A model generated the notes under the pieces. The model did no database searches, had not been told where the DNA came from, and worked only from the letters and a program-made list of their open reading frames with translations. Below, in pieces: positions 1 to 6,047 of a stretch of 46,939 nt of DNA. The stretch comes from Patescibacteria group bacterium (GTDB taxonomy: Bacteria > Patescibacteriota > Microgenomatia > Woykebacterales > JBBROZ01), in NCBI GenBank assembly GCA_038228785.1, contig JBBROZ010000002.1, positions 1-46,939 of the forward strand, written 5' to 3'. Positions within the stretch are counted from its first letter, which is position 1; the number at the start of each line of letters is the position of its first letter. The position numbers and the translations under genes were made by a program.

Positions 1-115
1 CTAAAAGGTCGATAAAAAAAAAGGAGTAGATCATGTTGCAACGGCTGACCCATTTCATCACCGGGTGCCTCGAGCTCTCCGTGAAATTGCACCCCGCCTT
101 CTACCAACAAAACCA

Positions 116-163
116 CCCGCCGGGGAGTTGAAAAACTTCTTCCCCGGCGGGCTTTACTTTTTA
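116..163 (+). terminator. Rho-independent terminator upstream of clpP
   Basis: 11-bp GC-rich stem CCCGCCGGGGA (116-126) / TCCCCGGCGGG (141-151), followed by T-rich CTTTACTTTTTA. It presumably ends an upstream transcription unit. Confidence 0.65.
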
Positions 164-167
164 TAGG

Positions 168-196
168 TTCCCAAAAACTCCACTTTCTGCTAAAAT
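168..196 (+). promoter_or_regulatory. Candidate clpP promoter
   Basis: TTCCCA (168-173), 17-nt spacer, TAAAAT (191-196). The ATG at 207 lies only 10 nt downstream and there is no purine-rich SD in the gap. Confidence 0.35.
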
Positions 197-206
197 CTCC
201 ACGCTT

Positions 207-836
207 ATGGATCTTGTACCTATGGTTATAAAGCGCGACCCGAGAGGCGAACGTGCTTATGATATTTACTCCCGCCTGCTAGAAGAGCGAATCATCTTCC
301 TAGCTGGGGAAATCACCGATGACGGCAGCAACTCCGTGATCGCTCAACTGTTGCACCTAGACAACGAAGATCCGGCCAAAGATATCTTCATGTACATCAA
401 TTCCCCAGGTGGATCTCTTTCGGCGACCTTCGCGATCTACGACACCATGAAATTCATCAAGCCCAAGATCTCAACGGTTTGTATTGGGATGGCGGCCTCG
501 GGTGCAGCGGTGCTACTAGCCGGCGGAGAAAAGGGTAAACGGCTGGCCTTGCCTAATTCCCGCGTCATGATTCACCAACCCTCGGCAGGATTTCAGGGAC
601 AGGCCACGGATATCAGTATCCAGGCCCAAGAAATCCTCAAAAATAAGCAACTGATGAACGAGATCTTTGCTAAAGAAACCGGTCAGCCGGTCGATAAGAT
701 CGAGCGAGACACTGAGCGAGATTTGTTCATGAGCCCAGCCGAAGCCATCAAATATGGTCTAATTGACAAAATAATCACATCTGATAAGCTCCAGGCCAAG
801 GAAGCGTCCAAGGTCGCTCCGGTCATAACTAAATAA
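207..836 (+). CDS. clpP: ATP-dependent Clp protease proteolytic subunit ClpP
   Basis: 209-aa ORF with ClpP hallmarks by eye: YINSPGG, catalytic Ser context GMAASGAAV, His context VMIHQP, and Asp region ERDTERD. Confidence 0.95.
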   Translation: MDLVPMVIKRDPRGERAYDIYSRLLEERIIFLAGEITDDGSNSVIAQLLHLDNEDPAKDIFMYINSPGGSLSATFAIYDTMKFIKPKISTVCIGMAASGAAVLLAGGEKGKRLALPNSRVMIHQPSAGFQGQATDISIQAQEILKNKQLMNEIFAKETGQPVDKIERDTERDLFMSPAEAIKYGLIDKIITSDKLQAKEASKVAPVITK

Positions 837-840
837 TTTC

Positions 841-917
841 GGACGGTTAGCTCAGCTGGTTAGAGCGCCACATTGACATTGTGGAGGTCACTGGTTCGAA
901 TCCAGTATCGTCCACCA
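841..917 (+). tRNA. tRNA-Val (anticodon GAC)
   Basis: Hand-folded cloverleaf. Acceptor GGACGGT/ATCGTCC has one G-U pair. D-arm is GCTC-AGCTGGTTA-GAGC. Anticodon stem CCACA/TGTGG carries loop TTGACAT. T-arm is ACTGG-TTCGAAT-CCAGT. Discriminator is A914 and CCA is encoded at 915-917. Confidence 0.9.
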
Positions 918-943
918 TTTTCTTTTGCTACTATTACATCAGG

Positions 944-1144
944 ATGCCTATTAAAACAATCACAGTCTTTCTGCTTCTTCTTAAGATCTACGCCGTCATT
1001 GCCTTCGCCTATTTTCTGATACTTCTTTTCCAAGTTGATAAAGGTCTGAGCTCGCATGGGGGAGTAGATCTGACAGCCGTGGTGGTTCAGGGACTTCTTT
1101 GGCCCAAAGATTTGCTAAGTTACCTGATGGGGACTAGAAGATGA
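944..1144 (+). CDS. Hypothetical small membrane protein (66 aa)
   Basis: Same frame as track ORF 881..1144, but started at ATG 944 so that it clears the tRNA. Hydrophobic helix ITVFLLLLKIYAVIAFAYFLILLF. The stop overlaps the next start (ATGA at 1141). No family recognised. Confidence 0.35.
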   Translation: MPIKTITVFLLLLKIYAVIAFAYFLILLFQVDKGLSSHGGVDLTAVVVQGLLWPKDLLSYLMGTRR

Positions 1145-1341
1145 ACTCCGAAGAAAGACTGCACCACGCCATGACTAGGGGATTTTTGATCGGGATTGCC
1201 GGAGGCGTTGGGTCAGTCATTGGAGCTACGGCCGGTATCGCCATTTTAGTGGCGCTTCTTACGAAAATTGATTTTATTCCCTTCGTCGGAGATTTCGTCC
1301 GGCAAATCACCCTTTACGTCGGTGCCAGAGGCGTCCACTAG
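1141..1341 (+). CDS. Hypothetical small membrane protein (66 aa)
   Basis: Gly/Ala-rich hydrophobic core FLIGIAGGVGSVIGATAGIAILVALL. ATGA coupling to the upstream small ORF. No family recognised. Confidence 0.5.
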   Translation: MNSEERLHHAMTRGFLIGIAGGVGSVIGATAGIAILVALLTKIDFIPFVGDFVRQITLYVGARGVH

Positions 1342-1371
1342 AAATTTAGGGTAAAACAGTGTTTAATTAAC

Positions 1372-1496
1372 TTACCTTATCGATTCGGACTAACCACCCG
1401 CGGAGAGGTAACCTGGCCAGTTTCGGCCGAAGAGCATAAAACAGAGTGGAACCACGATTGACCTCGTCTCTGCGCAAGTCACAACGAGGTTTTATT
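1372..1496 (+). promoter_or_regulatory. T-box leader (tRNA-sensing riboswitch) of thrS
   Basis: The T-box sequence AAACAGAGTGGAACCACG (1439-1456) folds into a canonical antiterminator: helix CAGAG (1442-1446)/CTCTG (1468-1472), 7-nt bulge TGGAACC (1447-1453), and helix ACG/CGT. The competing terminator helix is at 1461-1490. The upstream stem TTACCT (1372-1377)/AGGTAA (1406-1411) contains ACC triplets. Confidence 0.7.
1461..1496 (+). terminator. T-box terminator / SD-sequestering helix
   Basis: ACCTCGT (1461-1467) pairs with ACGAGGT (1484-1490), followed by TTTATT. The 3' arm contains GAGG (1486-1489), the only SD-like element, 7 nt before ATG 1497. Confidence 0.65.
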
Positions 1497-3218
1497 ATGG
1501 AAAAAAACAACTTAGACTCTCTCAGACACTCCACCGCTCATCTCATGGCCGCGGCCATAAATGAGCTCTATCCCGAAGCAAAATTCGGCATTGGTCCGGT
1601 CATCGAAAATGGCTTTTACTATGACGTCGATCTAAAGGACAACCTTACTCCCAAAGACCTGGAACTCCTTGAGAAGAAAATGCGTGAACTTAGAAATCAG
1701 GATCTGGAATTTCTAAGAACTGAGATCCCCGTCGAACAGGCTGAAAAGAACGCTAAAGCTCAAGGGCAACCTTATAAGTTGGAGCTGATCAAAGATCTCG
1801 CCAAAGCGGGTGAGAAAAAGGTCAGCTTCTATCAAACTGGAACTTTCGTCGACCTATGCACCGGCCCCCATATTGCCAGAACTTCCGATATTGGTGCATT
1901 CAAATTGCTGTCCGTCTCGACTGCTTACTGGAAAGGCGATCAGTCTAGGGAGCAGTTGCAACGGATTTACGGCACGGCCTGGGAGACCAAGGAGGAGCTG
2001 GAACAACATCTAGAAAGGCTCGAACGAGCCCTGCAGATCGACCACCGCAAGTTAGGCGTAGATCTAGATCTTTTCCATTTCGAAGAGTATTCCCCGTCCT
2101 CAGCCTATTGGCACCCCAAAGGAATGATCATCTACCGCGAGCTTGAACGCTACGCCAGGGAAATAGAAGGAACTGATTATCAGGAAGTCAAAGCCCCGGA
2201 AATAGTCTCAGCCGAGCTGTTCAAGAAGTCAGGACACACCACCTATTACGACGAGAATATGTTCAAAGTGACCGACGGGAATAAAGAGTACTTCCTAAAA
2301 CCCATGAACTGTCCTCAAACACTCCTTATATTCAAATCTCGCAAGCGCAGTTACCGTGATCTGCCGATGCGGTTAAGCTGCTTCGACAGCCTGCACCGCA
2401 CCGAAAAATCGGGTGTATTTCATGGTCTGACCCGGGTCAAGGAGTTTATCCAAGACGACGGGCATATCATCTGCACCATGGAGCAGGCCGAGGGGGAGTT
2501 TGCCAAACTACTCGACGTGGTCAAAGCGGCCCACGCCACCTTTGGATTCAAGTCGATCTTCAAATTAGCCACCAGACCGGATTCATTCATGGGAGAGAAA
2601 TCGGACTGGGATAAGGCTGAGCAGTCCCTTAAAAAAGCGCTCTCCGGGGCTAAGGTGGGATACGAAGTAAAGGAAGGAGACGCCACTTTCTACGGCCCCA
2701 AGATCGATGTCTATGTCGAGGACGCTTTAGAACGCGAGTGGCAGCTCTCAACACTGCAACTTGACCTCCAGCAGCCCCTAGGACTAGGCGCTAGATACAC
2801 CGACGCGGCGGGAGTGGAACAAACCCCAGTCATGATCCACCGAGCTATCCTAGGCTCCTTGGAGCGCTTTATTGGCATAATCATCGAACATTACGGAGGT
2901 AATTTGCCAACTTGGCTCTCGCCAGTCCAGGCCATGATAATTCCTATTACCGACACCCAAAATACCTACGCCCGCGGAATTTACGATAAGCTGCTCCAGG
3001 CCGGGGTCCGAACTGAGATCGATGTCAGAGGAGAAAAGATGGGCGCCAAGATTCGCGATGCCCAACTGCAAAAAATCCCCTACATGCTGATTGTCGGGGA
3101 CCGGGAAATCGAGGCCAAAGGAGCGGCGGTCAGACTCCGCGACGGCACCGACTTGAAAACTCTCGGTGTAGAAGATATATTGTCCCGTGTTCAAAAGGAG
3201 ATAGACAACCGGGAGTAG
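1497..3218 (+). CDS. thrS: Threonyl-tRNA synthetase (no N-terminal TGS domain)
   Basis: Editing-domain motifs HSTAH and DLCTGPH, a class II catalytic core and a C-terminal anticodon-binding domain. The start was moved from the track's GTG 1446 to ATG 1497 (MEKNN...), because 1446-1496 is the T-box helix. Confidence 0.92.
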   Translation: MEKNNLDSLRHSTAHLMAAAINELYPEAKFGIGPVIENGFYYDVDLKDNLTPKDLELLEKKMRELRNQDLEFLRTEIPVEQAEKNAKAQGQPYKLELIKDLAKAGEKKVSFYQTGTFVDLCTGPHIARTSDIGAFKLLSVSTAYWKGDQSREQLQRIYGTAWETKEELEQHLERLERALQIDHRKLGVDLDLFHFEEYSPSSAYWHPKGMIIYRELERYAREIEGTDYQEVKAPEIVSAELFKKSGHTTYYDENMFKVTDGNKEYFLKPMNCPQTLLIFKSRKRSYRDLPMRLSCFDSLHRTEKSGVFHGLTRVKEFIQDDGHIICTMEQAEGEFAKLLDVVKAAHATFGFKSIFKLATRPDSFMGEKSDWDKAEQSLKKALSGAKVGYEVKEGDATFYGPKIDVYVEDALEREWQLSTLQLDLQQPLGLGARYTDAAGVEQTPVMIHRAILGSLERFIGIIIEHYGGNLPTWLSPVQAMIIPITDTQNTYARGIYDKLLQAGVRTEIDVRGEKMGAKIRDAQLQKIPYMLIVGDREIEAKGAAVRLRDGTDLKTLGVEDILSRVQKEIDNRE

Positions 3219-3230
3219 TCCTGGTATTAT
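3202..3230 (+). promoter_or_regulatory. Candidate infC promoter inside the thrS 3' end
   Basis: TAGACA (3202-3207), 17-nt spacer, TATTAT (3225-3230). The TTG start at 3241 lies 10 nt downstream with no SD. Confidence 0.4.
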
Positions 3231-3240
3231 CCCTAAGAAT

Positions 3241-3750
3241 TTGGCTAAGTTTTATCGCATCAATAACGCTATCACTGCTCCCCAGGTCCGTCTTCTTTCG
3301 GAGGCGGGCGAAGCGCTGGGAGTCGTCCCCACTGCGGAAGCCAAAGCCAAGGCCCAGGAGCTTGGGGTCGATCTAGTTGAGATCGCCGCCGCCGCGGTAC
3401 CACCGGTCGCGAAGCTAATTAACTATAAGAAGCTGCGTTACCAGGAAGATCGCCGCGAAAGAGAAGCCCGTAAGGGTACTCACAAAGTTGAGATGAAAGA
3501 GCTGTGGCTGGGCCCCCTGATGGGCGAGCACGATTTACTAACTAGGACCACCCGCGGGAAAGAATTTTTGGGGGACGGGGACCACGTCAAGTTTACCGTT
3601 CGTTTCTCAGGTCGAGAGATGAACCATAAGGAATTTGGCTACAAGGTCATTACCCAAGTCAAAGGGTTGTTAGCTGACGTCGCCGAAGTTGAGAAAGAAG
3701 CCGTCTTTCTAGGACGTCAACTGTCAATTCAGTTTAAACCGAAGAAGTAG
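3241..3750 (+). CDS. infC: Translation initiation factor IF-3
   Basis: 169 aa. N-domain YRINNAITAPQVRLL, Lys-rich linker and C-domain. The TTG start fits the atypical start codons characteristic of infC. Confidence 0.92.
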   Translation: MAKFYRINNAITAPQVRLLSEAGEALGVVPTAEAKAKAQELGVDLVEIAAAAVPPVAKLINYKKLRYQEDRREREARKGTHKVEMKELWLGPLMGEHDLLTRTTRGKEFLGDGDHVKFTVRFSGREMNHKEFGYKVITQVKGLLADVAEVEKEAVFLGRQLSIQFKPKK

Positions 3751-3800
3751 TTCTTCGCCAGCTCACCGCCTGCATTTGTAAGGATCAAAAGTAAACTATT

Positions 3801-4004
3801 ATGCCAAAATTAAAGACCAACAAATCAGCAGATAAAAGATTCCGCGTCACTGGGACGGGGAAAATTTTGCGTGGTCATCAACTAAACTCGCATCTCAAAA
3901 GCAAGAAAAAGGCCGATCGGATCCGCCGTCACTTGGAACCTGTCCAGCTAGACGGTGGCCAGAAGGCCGAAGTTCAGAGGTTAATGCCATATGGCAAGAA
4001 TTAA
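3801..4004 (+). CDS. rpmI: Ribosomal protein L35
   Basis: 67 aa, MPKLKTNKSADKRFRVTGTGK... It sits in the conserved infC-rpmI-rplT order. Confidence 0.95.
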   Translation: MPKLKTNKSADKRFRVTGTGKILRGHQLNSHLKSKKKADRIRRHLEPVQLDGGQKAEVQRLMPYGKN

Positions 4005-4338
4005 AAAAGGCGTCACTGCCAGACGTCGTCACAAACGAACATTAGACCGAGCCGAGGGTTACCGCGGCGGTAGATCGACGCTTATTAAGACTGCTTCCGA
4101 AGCCGTCCGTCACGCCGGAGCCTATGCTTTCGCCGGACGCAAGGAACGCAAGGGTGATATGAGGCGGATGTGGATTACTAGGATCTCCGCGGCTCTGCTA
4201 CTAGAGGGTGTCAAATACAGCCGTTTTATCGCTGGTATGAAAGCTAACAAGATCGAGCTGGATCGTAAAGTTCTGGCTGATCTGGCTTTTAGTGAGCCGG
4301 AAACTTTCAAAGCCGTCGTCAAAGCCTCCACCAAGTAA
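3991..4338 (+). CDS. rplT: Ribosomal protein L20
   Basis: 115 aa, MARIKKGVTARRRHKR... The start overlaps the rpmI end. Confidence 0.95.
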   Translation: MARIKKGVTARRRHKRTLDRAEGYRGGRSTLIKTASEAVRHAGAYAFAGRKERKGDMRRMWITRISAALLLEGVKYSRFIAGMKANKIELDRKVLADLAFSEPETFKAVVKASTK

Positions 4339-4370
4339 TTTAATTCCCACTAATCTAGGTTAGATCCAAG

Positions 4371-4399
4371 AATCCACCTTCCAGCCAGTGGATTTTTCT
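4371..4399 (+). terminator. Rho-independent terminator after rplT
   Basis: Stem AATCCAC (4371-4377)/GTGGATT (4388-4394), running into a T-run (TTTTTCT). Confidence 0.6.
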
Positions 4400-4410
4400 C
4401 GCCCGAGGTG

Positions 4411-4416
4411 TATAAT
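4411..4416 (+). promoter_or_regulatory. -10 element for the orphan gene 4438..4863
   Basis: Perfect TATAAT at 4411-4416, then AAGGAG (4426-4431) 6 nt before ATG 4438. No convincing -35 was seen. Confidence 0.4.
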
Positions 4417-4437
4417 CCGGCCATAAAGGAGCGGAGA

Positions 4438-4863
4438 ATGAATGAGTCCTTGGTCGCGGAGGCTAGCCGTTTGGTTGAGGTCATAGCGACGGGTGAAAAC
4501 TTAGAGCGAGTACAAGTGGAACGCTGGCTCACCAAGCACCGTCACTCTCCTTGGTGCTGGGTAATTGGCTCCTGCCGACGTCAAGACCGTCGCTGGGAGA
4601 AAGCCAATCAGAATCTGGCCCGAACGAGATTATGTCTGGAAGGCCTCAGGTCAGGACATTACGCCAGTACGATCGAGCTATTTGAGACTCTGGCTTTTGA
4701 TATGAGACGACGGGTGAGGGAGTATGCCGAAGGGGATCTGGAACTAGGACTTCAACCTCATCAGGGCCAAGCCCGTACCATCGAAAACCGGATCAGTCAC
4801 CTTGAACACCTAGTCGGGCAGTTGCGCCGCCAAGAATTACAGTCTGGCAGAACACCCTCGTAA
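4438..4863 (+). CDS. Hypothetical protein (141 aa), orphan cassette between rplT and pheS
   Basis: The track ORF 4408..4863 is trimmed to ATG 4438 (MNESLV...), which has a strong SD. The product is Arg-rich and predicted helical. It is flanked by terminators on both sides. No family recognised. Confidence 0.55.
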   Translation: MNESLVAEASRLVEVIATGENLERVQVERWLTKHRHSPWCWVIGSCRRQDRRWEKANQNLARTRLCLEGLRSGHYASTIELFETLAFDMRRRVREYAEGDLELGLQPHQGQARTIENRISHLEHLVGQLRRQELQSGRTPS

Positions 4864-4918
4864 AGTCCCGCCTTGCCGTTAGGCTAAATGCGAAATGTCC
4901 CATCTACTGCTCGTTTCC

Positions 4919-4980
4919 AGCGGGGTCTAAGAGAAAGATGTCGAGAGACTACGCTTTCTTTTGACCCCGCTTTCCTTTTC
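4919..4980 (+). terminator. Long-hairpin rho-independent terminator
   Basis: AGCGGGGTC (4919-4927)/GACCCCGCT (4963-4971), extended by inner AAGAGAAAG/CTTTCTTTT pairing, then TTCCTTTTC. Confidence 0.6.
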
Positions 4981-5018
4981 TCCACCAGATTGACTATATT
5001 TTTGTTAAACTTAAATCA

Positions 5019-6047
5019 ATGCAGGCTTATCTCATCGACCTCGAAAAAGAAGCCTTGTCCAAGATCGCCGCGGCCAAAACCTCGGCCGAGCTAGACCAGC
5101 TTAGAATAAAATACCTGGGACGTAAGGGTGGATCGCTAACTAAGATCATTTCTGAGCTTCCAGCGATGTCGGTGGCTGAACGCAAAACCGTCGGCCCACT
5201 AGTCAATCAAGTCAAAACCAGTATCGAGAGTGCCCTGAACGATGCTTTGGGATCAACCAACACTTCCGCCGAGCCCCAACTTCCTTTCGACCCGACGGCG
5301 CCCGGTCAAAAATTCCCGCTCGGAAAGTTGCATCCAGTCTCCCAAGCCTACTACGAAATCATCGAAATCTTTAAGGAACTTGGATTCTCTTATGCGCAGG
5401 GCCCGGAAGTAGAGTGGTTTTGGTACGCCTTTGGCGCTTTGAATATGCCCGAAAATCACCCGGCCGCTGACGATATCGAAACTTTTTTCATTGAAGCTAG
5501 GGCTAATCCCAAGTATGGCCGGATGTTACTTCGCCCCCATACCAGCTCGGTGCAAATTCGCACCATGGAGACCAGCCAACCCCCAATTCGGATCGTCGCT
5601 CCGGGGCGGTGTTTCCGCCCCAACTACGACGCCAGCCATATCCCAAGCTTCTTTCAATTTGAAGGGCTGATGGTAGACAAAAACTTATCTATTGGCAACC
5701 TTAAAGCTGTTTTGGAGCATTTTGTAAAACGCTTCTTTGGCCCCGAAATAAAAATAAGACTCCGACCTCATCACTTCAACTTCACTGAACCCAGTTTCGA
5801 GGTCGATATTACTTGTACCGTCTGCGCAGGGGCGGGGTGCGCGCTGTGCTCCAAATCCGGTTGGTTGGAACTTGGCGGATCGGGGATGGTGCATCCCAAG
5901 GTTCTAAAGAACGCTGGCTTAGATCCAGACACTTGGAGCGGGTTTGCCTGGGGGTGGGGAATAGAGAGATGCGTCGCCATTAAATACCAAATCCCAGACG
6001 TTCGGGTCCTTTATGAGAATGACCTCCGTGTTTTGGAGCAATTCTAA
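5019..6047 (+). CDS. pheS: Phenylalanyl-tRNA synthetase alpha subunit
   Basis: 342 aa. Class II motifs in LLRPHTSSVQIR, FRPNYDASH and GFAWGWGIER. The stop overlaps the pheT start (ATG at 6047). Confidence 0.95.
   Translation: MQAYLIDLEKEALSKIAAAKTSAELDQLRIKYLGRKGGSLTKIISELPAMSVAERKTVGPLVNQVKTSIESALNDALGSTNTSAEPQLPFDPTAPGQKFPLGKLHPVSQAYYEIIEIFKELGFSYAQGPEVEWFWYAFGALNMPENHPAADDIETFFIEARANPKYGRMLLRPHTSSVQIRTMETSQPPIRIVAPGRCFRPNYDASHIPSFFQFEGLMVDKNLSIGNLKAVLEHFVKRFFGPEIKIRLRPHHFNFTEPSFEVDITCTVCAGAGCALCSKSGWLELGGSGMVHPKVLKNAGLDPDTWSGFAWGWGIERCVAIKYQIPDVRVLYENDLRVLEQF

Noticed and set aside
33-131. 32-aa ORF (MLQRLTHFITGCLELSVKLHPAFYQQNHPPGS) with a good AAGGAG SD at the window start.
   Set aside because: Its 3' end is the 5' arm of the strong terminator hairpin (116-151). 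It lies at the window edge with no upstream context. It may be real or a chance ORF in a 3' UTR, so the support is too weak to call.
860-1144. Track ORFs 860..1057 (-) and the 5' part of 881..1144 (+).
   Set aside because: Both overlap the well-folded tRNA-Val gene (841-917). Only the tRNA-free part of the plus frame (from ATG 944) was kept, at low confidence.
1446-1496. GTG 1446 as the thrS start (the track's 590-aa version).
   Set aside because: These codons coincide with the T-box antiterminator/terminator helices. The SD (GAGG) and ATG 1497 give a conventional start.
4861-4980. AAAGTCCCGCC at 4863, reminiscent of the RNase P RNA P4 motif (GAAAGUCCGGGC), which raised the possibility of an RNA gene between rplT and pheS.
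   Set aside because: There is no room for a ~350-nt RNase P RNA before pheS. No matching 3' P4 strand or other conserved elements were seen. The region is better explained as the stop codon plus a long-hairpin terminator.
4888-5094. Track ORF 4888..5094 (+).
   Set aside because: It spans a terminator hairpin and overlaps the pheS start out of frame, and it has low-complexity Pro/Arg/Ser content. It is spurious.
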